Made by a program: the position numbers and the translations under genes
In this document: in pieces, positions 52,448 through 64,000 of the stretch
How the letters are laid out: every line of letters starts with the position of its first letter
Numbering within the stretch: the stretch's first letter is position 1
Notes under the pieces: generated by a model
Told to the model about the DNA's origin: nothing
Databases searched by the model: none
The model's input: only the letters and a program-made list of their open reading frames with translations
Assembly (NCBI GenBank): GCA_051362555.1
Contig: CM120641.1
Span: forward strand, 5,332,001-5,396,000
Length of the DNA stretch: 64,000 nt
Source of the DNA: Lingula anatina
Taxonomy: Eukaryota > Animalia > Brachiopoda
Direction: 5' to 3'

Positions 52448-53655
52448 TTAGTGTTTCAAATACCATCACAATAAAAACTAATATTTTACTTAAATTTATC
52501 GTATTATTTATTCTGTATTAAGCATTTTATGAAAACTGTCCAGTAGTTTTAACTGATATCAATCCCAATTTTAAATTTATTTCAGTGATGTTTTAAAGTG
52601 ATTACTTACACCTTATATTGTATCTATGTGATAGAGTTGCATTTATGAATGCCAAAGTCACAGGGGTCTTGTCACATGAAATGATAATAACTCATTAACA
52701 TTGTAAGGTTGATTTTCTTATAGTATAATGCCAAATCAAAGTTAAAAATCTGTGATACATTAAAATTGCTGCAACATTTTTGTATTGTCCATGTTGTTAA
52801 ATAAAGGGGCCACTTGGTTGCAACACAACAATATATAATAAACAGAATATGCCCATAAATGCAATAACAAAGAGATACTTTGCAAAGGAAAAATGTTGGG
52901 AATACATATGTAAAGGGTTGGCAACTTTCAGATTGCCTTAAGTATTAGTTTCCTTTAATTGAATGGTACATAAAAATTTTATCCTGATAATAGCCCAATT
53001 GGTTTTCTCAGTCACTAATGAGATTTCCTATGCTTTGCCATACTATGTATGTAAATAACTTCAAACATTGATAAATTAACATTTCATGTTAAGGCGTGAC
53101 CATGACTGCTGAATCTGCTTAAACAAGGAGCCTAGTTTGGATGAAATGTTTCCTAAATAATGAAATTTATAACTCATAATGGAACCTGTGCTTTGCTTTC
53201 TATGGAAAAAATAATCTGTCATTTACCCTTTTATACAACCTATAATTACCACAAGGTAAGTTCATTTTTAGTCACACACAAAAAAAAAGATATATGGTTT
53301 TGTATTTATTTTCTAATACAAAATATCAAGTATAAGAAATGCTTTTTTTTTTTCTTTGAAGAATATCGACTAAAAAATGGAGATAAAAGCCAAAGTTAAA
53401 TTTGTGTAAAAACCAGTCTGAGGATAATTTACAAAACTTTGACTTCTTCAGGATTATAAACTTACAAACAATATCAAATTGTAAGCCAAGGGCACGAGAC
53501 TTCAACAATATGCAAAAATTTTGTTTTTTTATCCAAGGAAGGAGAAAATGAACTGAACAGGTCTAGCAGGGAACAGCTATGCAGTCCTTTCTCTCCCTCT
53601 TTTTCTTTCTTCTTCTTTACTGCTGGCACCTGGAGACTAAACGCCTGAATCCCCA

Positions 53656-55642
53656 TCAGCCAACTATCTCTTTACAGTGTTGTTGAAGCCACTTGACTAT
53701 CTCTTCCAGCCCCTGCCCGTCTTTTGCACTAGCTTCTATTATGCTAATATCCTGCTTAGCAGCACCAAGGATACTCTTCAGCTGAAACGTTGTGTCAAGT
53801 TCTGTCCTGGTCATAGGATTTGGCATGTCTCTGAAAGTGAATTCATTTACATAATTTGATTTATAGAAATTTCCTAACTTCCCAGGCATGCAGACATGAA
53901 TATATACAGTAAATGCCTCAACCAGCAAAAGATTACAAAGTTTAATTTTTAGTTTTTTTGTAGATATAAACTCTGAATACACTTATCTGCTGTACCTATC
54001 TCTTCTTTAAATGAGAAACATGAGACTGCTGCTAACATTGGTCATCTGATATTAAAGGGATAACTCTTCGTATGAAATCTATATTTCACTTTAAATACAT
54101 TGTAAACAACTCATAGAAATATATTTTATTTTACTACAAAACGGCAGTTATAGTAATTATTCGGGTATCTGTGCTTGTCATTGGACCACGTGACCTCCAT
54201 AGCTGGCTATACTCTTAAGAGATTATTAAAAAAAAACAAAAACAGGGACTAACTTCAAATGTAGAAATGGATTCATTAACTAGTATTGGTAAATATGGAA
54301 AAATTGTTGTCTACCCCAGGAAAATTCATTTTTTGGTCAAAATGAACAGATGTTATCCTTTTAAAAATTTGCAAATGTCATACTCTGTTGTCACAGAGCT
54401 GAAGTGTGAGTGGTTAAAGATAACTTACATTTTGTTGAGTATGAGAAGGACGGGAACAAATTGCACATCTCCGTTAGTTAAAGCTTCTAGCAGCTGTATA
54501 CAAGAGGCAGACACCTGCATTCTGTTTGACACATCAACTACAAACTGTGAAATAATAAAATATATTTTAATGTGTTAAATATCTACAGGTTCATACTTAC
54601 GTTTACTCTAAATATTAAAGATATTTCAAACAAAGGAAGATTAGACATAATTTCATAAAATTGTCACTGACATGACAAAAATAATTATTTGGCTAAAAAT
54701 GCTAGTGCATATATAATTACTAAATTTTGTCAAAAGGAAGCTAATAAGTAATGGATAAAACACAATTTGCCATACAGAATGAAGGTCCAAGAGAAAACCA
54801 CTTGCAGGTAATTCATTTTAAAAAGTCACTAAACTGATACCATACAAGTATGGTGGGATTCTTACTATAAGAGCACTGCACTCCTTGAAATAATTCTTCC
54901 AGATTGGTCCCATACAACCCCCCATTTCTCTTAGTGTGATGTCATGTTTTCTTCCTATACTTATGTTAACTAGATTTGTGCCTACCTGAAACAAAAGAAA
55001 AGTACACATTGGCAGTTTGTGACAGTGATAGATTATCATAAGAGAATTGCTATAAATACATGTATGTAGTATGTACATGTAAGGAAGATTTAGTCTTCTA
55101 CTGGTACTTTCTCCAATTTACTGTACCTTTAATGGGATTTCTGTGGGTTATAATTTATTAAGTATTATCAATTTTGATCTCTGCTTACACTTGTTATGTA
55201 GCAAGGTCATCCTTTATATAAAATATCCTCTCAACTTCAGAGATCATTTTAAAATGTATTTACTATATACCAGTACTTACTGTGGGAATTGTAGATGGTG
55301 GTTCTTCAAGATCCGTGTATGTCCCCTTGCTTGAACAACTTAGGTTAGTTAAGAAAATATTGGCATATTTGCCTGGGCACTGAATTTCTAAATACTGTTA
55401 CGTAAAAATATACCCTTTCCCCCAAACACAACATCTAACTTACATGTAGATATAGTCACACGTCGAAATCGGTGAAAGAAATTTCACTTTCATTGTTATT
55501 AAACTTTCATACAGTCTTACGCCCTAAAAGCCTTTATGACTCTCACCACAGAGGTAATGAACATAACATTAAAAAGGATATTACTTAGCCTTTTTAGCAG
55601 TAACGTTTTTCCTACACCCGAGGCACCTAGGACTAGAGTCAT
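53656..55642 (-). CDS. ARL16: ADP-ribosylation factor-like protein 16 (176 aa, 5 coding exons)
   Basis: Exons 55642-55582, 55339-55281, 54985-54866, 54544-54429, 53830-53656 (531 nt). P-loop GASGVGKT, PTVGTN, REMGGCMGPIW, FVVDVS, LNKID, EASAKDGQGL match ARL16. Confidence 0.92.
55340..55581 (-). other. U12-type (minor spliceosome) intron, apparent AT-AA termini
   Basis: 5' site ATATCCTTTT; branch site TTCTTAAC (55355-55348) 8 nt from the frame-restoring 3' end; no polypyrimidine tract. Confidence 0.8.
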
Positions 55643-55962
55643 CCTCACAAAACATAAGAACAACACAGGAACAGGAATGATTACTGTGATTGACACCAGC
55701 TGCAAGGTCATACAAAAGGTCAACCGCTTATGTATTTAACAAATTTACTGTTATTATCTTTCAGTATATTTAGAAAAGTTTTCGGTCCATATCACAGTTG
55801 AATTTTCAGTGACATTTGCCTTTAAAGCACACAGGGAGAAATTATTATAAGTAATATTTTTGTTATGACATTTGCGGCCCAATGAATGACATCACTTCGG
55901 GAATCGCCATCTTATCACTGTCTTTCATCCTTGAGTCATTTTAGCTTAGCCAAGAGTAAGAT
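55643..55962. promoter_or_regulatory. Bidirectional ARL16/HGS promoter region
   Basis: Divergent ATGs 320 bp apart; clustered TGACATCA (ATF/CRE-like), CACTTCGG (ETS-like) and CGCCATCTT (YY1) at ~55887-55913. Confidence 0.7.
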
Positions 55963-58900
55963 ATGTTTCGATCAACAGCGCCGTTTGACAAAGCCTTAGG
56001 TAAGTTATTTGCGTTATTTTGTTTCCCAAGCAAGTCGTTTTAGGGGCCAGACATGAATTATTTTCATAAATTAAGGAGCCGGTTTTTTCACAAGAATCGG
56101 ATTCTTTGACATATTCATAATCAGGTCAGTGTCAAAGTCTATCTGATCGAATATTAATGTTGTCGATGCATGAAGTTATTTAAAGACACCATTATGGTGC
56201 AGAATTACAGAATGAGGTCACTTCCACTCTTTCGTTCTAATTGCAATTTGTTTAGATTTAAGTTGTTTAGCTGTAAGTGAATATTTGTTTTATAATTGCT
56301 AGGAACATCCATGCAGTAGCATTCTTATTTATTATTAATAAGTACTGAATGTGCTAAGTTATGAATAAAAAATGTGTAGAAGTTGTTTTCAGCTAGGACG
56401 TCCACCCAATGGAGGATTTCTCTAATATTTTTGATGTAAACTATTCTCAAGCACTTGCCCTGTCAGGCAATAAGGTCTGAAATCTGCTAGCACGAAATAC
56501 CTGCAGTAAGGATTTTGATATATTATCTACATTGTGCTTATGCATGAAAGCAAAGGCCTCAGAAAATTAAAAGTAAAGACTAGTTGTTGCGGATCCCACA
56601 CCAAACAAACAAACAACGGGAAATGTTCACACTTTATTTCACGCACACTGACATGGATATGGTGAAACTAAAAATAACAAAATAATGAAAGATAAATACC
56701 AAACTAATTATACAAAATACACAAATATAACAAATTGAATACAAATATAAAAAGAAATAATAAATTAATCATAAGAAATGGAAATGTTGTGCAAATGATT
56801 AACAATAGAATTGAATACAATACGTACAGAGAAATGTGGCTTTCCCGTCCAAATGTTGATCCACAAATTTTGCCTACTAAAACTTCAGTCTCGACGACCT
56901 GAGCCTTCGCTCGTCAAATACAACGTGGCCGCGCCCAGAACTGCTGCATACAGTATATATACAGAGTAAATGATTTGCATAATAATACAAAGCTGACTAG
57001 TGATACGATTGTAAACGCAAATTGTTGTCATAAGCGACAACACTAGTTTACACACTAAAATTATACCTCTTCTACCTCTCCTGTCCTCAACATGCACACT
57101 CCTGTAAAGCCAACCAGCTTTTCCATCTAGAACTGTGAGTAAGGTAATATCTACAGTACATGTACTGCTTGTCAACACCCGGAAGGATGGTGCAGTATTT
57201 TTCCCTCCAACAAGCAACATTGTGTAAAGAATCGAGTTCAATATAGGTCCCATGAGCAGCATACAATAGTTGGTTTCAGGGTGGGGAAAAATTTTTTGTC
57301 TAATTTCTCTCCTAAGAAGTCTGTTTGTCATCAGAGAAATCATGTGTATGATTTCACGACGGCTTAACTGGTATGAGTGCAGATGGATATTACCTGTGCC
57401 GGGCAGGATATAGATTCAAGGAATTGTGTCTATACTGCTGCAATATATCTACAAGTAAAGAAAAAAGAAAAGCTGATGAAAGAAAGTTTTTACAAAGCAT
57501 ATGTGTGGTTAGGTTAACATGCATTTTTTCAACTGTCCAAATGAATATTTCAGACAAGGCCACAAGTCAGCTACTGCTGGAACCAGACTGGGATGCCATC
57601 CTGCAAATTTGTGATTTAATTCGTCAAAATGACATACAGTAAGTAGTCTTTGCAGCATTTGTTACTTTTTTAATATAATATAATATAATATAGAATGGTG
57701 GACATTGAACATTTAAATTTAAAAACTGTGATGTTTTTGATGACCCCAGTAGCCCATTCATTTGACACTCAGTTTCATATCAATTAGATATTTTAGAATA
57801 ATAGGAGTTAAAAAACAATTTCAGTTTTGAATTTTTTTCTTGTAGACCAAAGGAAGCAATACTGCGAATGAAGAAAAAAGTTCAAGCAGAAAACCCTCAT
57901 GTGGCCATGTTTGCACTTCAGGTGATTTTTTTGTTAAATAAATTAATTGACAATATTTAGCTGTCAGTAATTTAAAAGGCCCTCAGTTGTGTTTTTATAG
58001 ATTGCTTAGCTAAAGTGAATTTATATCAAACTGATAACTGTGCTATTTGGATAAAGAGGTTCACGAGAGAAATTTTTAGATAAAAAAAAAGATAGAAAAG
58101 ATAGAAAGAAAAAACTCTGAGTGAGAAAAAGATGGGGGAGTGGAGGAAGGGGATGGACAGACATTACAACATGTTGTACTTAATATTATATGGATAATAT
58201 TTCTATTCAGACCTTGGAATCAGTGGTGAAGAACTGTGGAGATACAATACATAAGGAAGTAGCCACAAAGGAGTTCATGGAATTCATGAAGGATGAAGCT
58301 AAGGTATAAAAACTTAATAAGTTATCCTTATGCATGAACTTGTACTTGACATATCAATTAAACTGAGAATATAATGGTGCAAGTGCATTTGATCTCTTAG
58401 TAGAGGAATGCTATTGGGTTAAAACAGCACTAAGATCAAATGATTTATTCAGTTATAACTAAAATGGAATTATTTTAAACTGCTTTCTTTTGTAGAAGAG
58501 ACCAGATCCAGTCAAGGGCAAAGTGTTAGAGTTGGTTCAAGTCTGGTCCCATGCATTCCGCAATGATCCAACTCTAAAAGCAGTGCAGGATACTTACCAC
58601 TTGATGAAAATGGAAGGTAAGTTTATTTTCAAGTTATGTACTATATAGAACTTGGAAATGAATTTCATCAGCTGTGTTGTGTGCTGGGGTATTCAGAATT
58701 TACTATATACAACTTTTTTTATTAATTACTATAAATCTCTATAGGTTTAAAAAAACATGGATTTAAGCACTGTTCACTTCTTGTTCAGGTTGATTTATAA
58801 ACTTCAACTTTGAAATTCATGGAACTGTTGTTTTTTAAGGTGCCAATATTTTCATCTGTATTTTTTGCTAGGCTACAAGTTCCCTACTTTAAAGGAATCT

Positions 58901-61900
58901 GATGCCATGTTTGTATCAGAGAAGGCTCCTGAGTGGAAGGATGGAGAAGTTTGCTTCAAGTGCAGAGTCACATTTAACACTTTTAATAGAAAGGTAATTC
59001 ATGGATCTAGATAAAAAGCATTCTTATACATAATGTGTTTATCTCTTCAGTTTGTATGACTCGAGTTGAAGTTTCATTGCACTGTGCTATTCAAGGAAAT
59101 AATTCGCATCTTAAAAATTATAACAGTTGGTAAAGATATAGTTCTAATAGTCAAAATCATTTTTTCAGCATCATTGTAGAAACTGTGGTCAAGTGTTCTG
59201 TGGCAAATGTTCATCTAAAAATTCCATAATTCCCAAATTTGGGATTGAAAAAGAAGTTCGTGTGTGTGATACATGCCATGAGCAGCTGGGCAAGTAAGTA
59301 ATATATAGGATACTTATGTCAATTTTGATATATTTTCCTAGAAGCTTGAATGTTTTTATACAGTTGTGCATTATGTACTACTTGAGAATTCAGTAGCCTT
59401 AGCTTTGTACCTGAGACCCTGAACTCTAGTATCTGTAAACATTTCGTGACCCCTTATGTAAGAGGTCTGATTCATGAAACATTTGCTGGCAACACTGTAG
59501 CACATAAAATGTTTCAACAAATGTGGATAATGATTTTTCTTGATAGATAGAAAATATAAGAAACATAAATTTTTCCAAGTCAATATTATTTTGGTGGAAC
59601 ATGTGGAATTTGTCAAAAAAAAAAAAAAAAAAAAAAAAAAACAGCCTACCAAAAGCAAAAAATTGCAATCTCAAATTGAGAAAGCATTTGTCAGCTGCAA
59701 ATTTTTGATAATACTGTATTTGATGTAGTGGCTGAATTTTAAATGGTTTAACAAAGACTTGATCTATGATTAGACATAAATCTGTTTTCACATTTCTAAA
59801 ACTTCAGGCCTTCATCTGTTAAGAAGAGTGATGATGAAGGTTCTCTCCCATCGGAGTACCTCTCCAGTCCTCTATCCAAACAATCTCAGGTAAGAATACT
59901 ATGGTGTGGGGAGACAGGGGCTGTTTAAACCAAAATTTACTACACTTGTTTAGGTTACCCCTGCCTTGTGCATATTAGTTTCAGTAAGGAGAGTTTAAGT
60001 ATTTAGGCTGTTGACTTTGATGTTTTTTCAATTTGGTATGTAGTATTTTGCCCCATTCTGAGCCTCTCTTCTTTGAAGTATTTTTACTGCCAATGGTTTA
60101 TTTTGCTGAATTGAACAAGGTGGTGAAATGTTTTTATTTCTTTATTGCTCACAGTAATTCTTAGATTGATAATCTTGCTAAATATTACTTAGAATACCTA
60201 ATTTGGGTAACTTGTTTGTAACAATACAACAACAACCTTTAGACTAGGGATTGATTCTGAAATAAAAGTAAAATCAACCAATGTTTCAGTTTTTACTAAA
60301 TTATTATAAAAGGTTAAATGTTGTAATTTAAGAAAATAATTTTCCTGGTGGGATATGAGTGGTATTATTATTGTTATTATTAGTGTAGGACTTGACTATT
60401 TTCTTTGCCATAAACTTTTTGTGAATAACATTTCATATATTGTCTGTCTTTAATGTAACTAAAGATTTCAATTTTTATAACCATAGGGGCACATTATTTA
60501 TATCAAATAAAGATGCTTTCTTATTGATCATTATATAACTTAAGTGTACCATGTTTATAACAACATAATGGAAATATGGAAATAAAAATCATGATTGGAG
60601 GCTTTCAGTGGCATCTGAAAAATATATTTGCATAATGAGGTGGAGTCGCCAATAGCCATTAATAGAAAAAATATATATAATTTGATTAAAGTAGGTGTCG
60701 TTTGATAATTTTTTGCATAGAATTTGCCCTTATGCATTTAAGAACGCATGCACACACGCACACACACACACACACACACACAGAGAGAAAGAGAAAGATT
60801 TTTGAGATTTTGCATATTCCCCATTTTTTGGGTTGTACAACATTTAGCTTTTTTTTATCTTATTCTTTTTTTACAAAGATATTTTTCTTTTAGAAAATGT
60901 CTTTCTTATACATCTGGAATTGACAAGAAATAGTGTATAATAATAACATCTTGATTGATCAATATGGAATTAGATATTCACATGTTAACTCTGGTTTTAA
61001 AACATTTTATAATGTAAAATCTATAGCATTATGGTGCTATAAAATTCCCATTAAGAGGCTTTTGCTGAATTCTTTTGAATTTAAATTGATTGTCTGAATG
61101 GCTTGATTGTGCCAAGAAGTAGAAAGTCCTAAAAGCTTAATTTATAGTCAATGGCCGGCTTGCAAAGTCAACATAGCATGACATAGCAGGTCACATGACA
61201 AAGCAGGTGAGTGAGTCAGTTTCCCATTTTGCTATTTATAGATCTGTTGAACATAAGGCATATGTATTATTCACTGTACAGCACCAGGGCTGCCTTTGAT
61301 TTTCAATACATTGGAGATTGTTTGATAACATAACTAGGTCAATAGCTGTACTGGTTGTAAACTAGCTGGACATAGTAGAAGTGAACATGTGGAAGAAAAC
61401 GGTAGGTTTAATGGACAAAGTTAGTGATTATTAATGGACTAAGTGATAGATTAGTTTGTGGACTTGACAAAGCAGGACGTGGTAACCTTAATAAAAGACA
61501 GGTAGAAGGTGTAGAATTTATGTATATTGGCTGTTTGGGTAACATAATTTTGTAATAAACTTGATTTACTTGATGAAGGTTGGTTTTCAGTACATACTTT
61601 TAGACCTGTCTGTGTCAGCGTACTCAGCTCTTTCTGTAAACAAAAGAAATTCAACAATTTTTCTATTTAAGAAAGTCAGCATTGTACTGCACATGAACTA
61701 AAAAGACTTAAACACTGTACTGGAGAGCTGAAATATATCATTCTTCATTAATCTCTCATTACTAATTAGTGGCAGACTGTACATGATTTAGCAACAAGGT
61801 AAATTGATTTTAGTAAAAACAAAGTTTATGTAAATGTTACTCCATACTAAAACTGGAAGCCATACATGAATCCCTGCTGAACAGTACAAAAATAATTGTA

Positions 61901-63349
61901 TAGAATTAACCAGAGACATATCTGTGTATATCTAGTGGAAAATCATTCTGTAGCTTTGGTACAGGGTAGGTATATGTTATAATTATGTCAAAATGTAAGG
62001 TGATGCATGAGAAAAGAATTCTTTCTGAAGGGTTACCTATCTATAACTAATGTGGATCCTATGCTAAATTAGAACAACTGCTTAACGATAAGGAATTGCT
62101 TGAAAACGGCATATATGTTTGGCCTGTGTAAATCAATACAAGCGTAAAGGTGGGAAGTCTTTTGCATTATCATAGACCAAGGAAACGCACTGTGTTCTGT
62201 CGCTTACATAGATGCCAAAGTAATTACTACTTCATAAATCAGCAAATATGTTAAAACATTAAGGATATTTCTGTTCCAGGAATTGTTAAAGATTTTCAAC
62301 AGAAATAAAGATGTCATTACATTTGACTTTATGGTGTACTTATATTTCATACGCATTTACAACTTCAAAATAAAGGACTTAAACTTGTTTTATCATGTTG
62401 GCAAATACATTTAGGGTCTGTGCAGTCATGCTAAAGCAGTATGTCCCCTCATTTGTTAGCTTCCCTGATCAATGTCCCTCCATTGTCCCTTTGTGTAATC
62501 CAGAAACTGGCTGACCCAGGGTGATTTTATCTTCAGTTAGAGCAAGGAGTTATAACAGACTGTTATAACTCCTTGGTTAGAGGTATAGATTTCATGATAA
62601 CAGCTCCATTCAGTTTCTTCTTTCAATTGTTTATGCTTTTGGATGTGTCATTGTGAATATCCATTTAATAAAAAAAAGTCTAGACAGAAGAAAGTGGTGA
62701 TTTTAGTGCTTAATGTTTTAAGCTAATTGATTTTTAGGTATGCAATGCACAATGAGTAAATGGTAAGATGGCTCAGTTGCACTATGTAGTATTTCAAAAG
62801 TTTAACATTGTTCCGCTTTTTTTTTAGTATGTGTTTCTTTTTACACCAAACAGTACAGTTACAAAAAGCATATCTGTTAAATAAGAGATGGCCCTGCCAC
62901 TGACGACCATTTAACATTGAGGCTTCCAAACTGTTGGAAGCAAACTTGTAAAAGGTGGTAACCCATCCCCCCTCTCATAGCTTAATTACATGTTGGGGAC
63001 TAATCAAACTTTGAAAACTTATGTTCATGGATCCATATGCTTCTTGCACACCAGTTATAGATATCAGTATCTTTACTTTTTTGTGGGGAGTGGCTTATCG
63101 ATTGACTTTGAAATAATAATTTTCTATTGATGAATGAAAGAGAAAACAAACAGTCAATAATTATAAATTGGTTGCAATCCCCCTCCCACACATACATCAT
63201 GCCAGATTAATGTGTTTGTCATTTGTAAGAGTACACTTATTTTGTTCAAGGCACCACCAGCCAAGTCAGAGCAGGAGTTGCAGGAAGAGGAGGAATTGCA
63301 GCTTGCCATTGCCTTGTCCAAGAGTGAAGCAGAGAATAAGGAGAGACAG
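55963..63349 (+). CDS. HGS: Hepatocyte growth factor-regulated tyrosine kinase substrate (Hrs, ESCRT-0), 5' part; continues beyond the window
   Basis: Exons 55963-55999, 57554-57638, 57846-57921, 58211-58303, 58496-58616, 58872-58993, 59169-59293, 59808-59889, 63251-63349. VHS ([22 protein letters not shown]), FYVE (RKHHCRNCG..RVCDTC), UIM ([18 protein letters not shown]). Confidence 0.95.
56585..57042 (-). mobile_element. Solo LTR (458 bp) in HGS intron 1
   Basis: TGTTG..CAACA termini, 5-bp TSD CTAGT (56580-56584, 57043-57047), TATATATA at 56954-56961 and minus-strand AATAAA at 56633-56638. Confidence 0.8.
60750..60782. repeat. (CA)n microsatellite
   Basis: Direct observation. Confidence 0.85.
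62543..62575. mobile_element. 33-bp palindromic transposon remnant with 7-bp TSD (P-element-like footprint)
   Basis: CAAGGAGTTATAACAG-A-CTGTTATAACTCCTTG flanked by GTTAGAG on both sides (62536-62542, 62576-62582). Confidence 0.75.
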
Positions 63350-63650
63350 GTATGTAGGCATCGCATTCAATTAATTAGTCTCTCAAGATTGATTTCAACT
63401 TGAAAAGGTTGACTATTATAGTTTACTGGGAAGAAAATCAACTAGTTGACTGAGTAAGGGGAACATGGTTTTTGAACATCCAAGCCTATTTTGAAAACTT
63501 CATAGTAAATCAGAAAATGAAATCTTTATTTTTAAGCCTCCAGCATATTTTTCCCTTGACAAGTTTTTCTATTGACCTTATCATTGTAACTATTTTATTA
63601 ACAACACTAATTAAATATGGATATTTTTCTACTATTACACTGAATTGCAG

Positions 63651-63671
63651 AAGCAAAAGAAATCGGGAACT
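63651..63671 (+). CDS. Candidate 21-nt HGS microexon (KQKKSGT)
   Basis: TTGCAG acceptor, GTAAGT donor, phase 0-0, no stop, follows the UIM exon. Confidence 0.55.
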
Positions 63672-64000
63672 GTAAGTCTAGATACACTTTTGTTAGAATC
63701 TGCATATTTTTTTCACATCTGTGGTATGGCATGACACTTCCAAAATTGTTGTGGCCTCTATTTTTGATTTCTATTTTGCCAGAAAAACACCTTGTCATGA
63801 ATATAATATTTCTTCACATCAGGTTTGACTGTGCAGCTACTTTTTTATTTGATAAAGATGACACAGTTTAATTATTTTCTGTTCATTCTTTGGCTTTTAC
63901 TGTACAGTTAGCTCCCATATAGTGGAGATTTAAATGTCAATTAAGTTTCTAACACAACAAATGTAAGTCAGAGACATTGTTAGACAAGCACATTATCTAA

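Noticed and set aside
56885-57343. 152-aa minus-strand ORF
   Set aside because: No recognisable motif; straddles the solo LTR boundary in HGS intron 1.

Overview
AT-rich, intron-rich animal genomic DNA; the style suggests a marine invertebrate such as a mollusc, which is inference only. Left to right: the first coding exon of an unidentified minus-strand gene (1047-1142); two tandem 18-coding-exon SLC26A11-like anion transporter genes (+, 7913-18697 and 30112-44776); ARL16 (-, 53656-55642); and the 5' part of HGS/Hrs (+, from 55963), head-to-head with ARL16. The most unusual object is in the first coding intron of the second SLC26A11 gene. It is a 3.2-kb Ty3/Gypsy-derived element with an intact gag, a canonical -1 frameshift signal and a protease stub. 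It is bounded by perfect 55-bp terminal inverted repeats (TGT..ACA, 4-bp TSD) and an 82-bp hairpin instead of two direct LTRs. Other highlights: an apparent AT-AA U12 intron in ARL16, a 33-bp P-element-style excision footprint, reciprocal intron differences and anion-site changes between the SLC26A11 paralogs, a candidate RBFOX-regulated alternative C-terminal exon, a 21-nt HGS microexon, interleaved local duplications, many nested MITEs and a solo LTR. All exon models were assembled by eye from splice signals, frame continuity and remembered homology; no searches were run.
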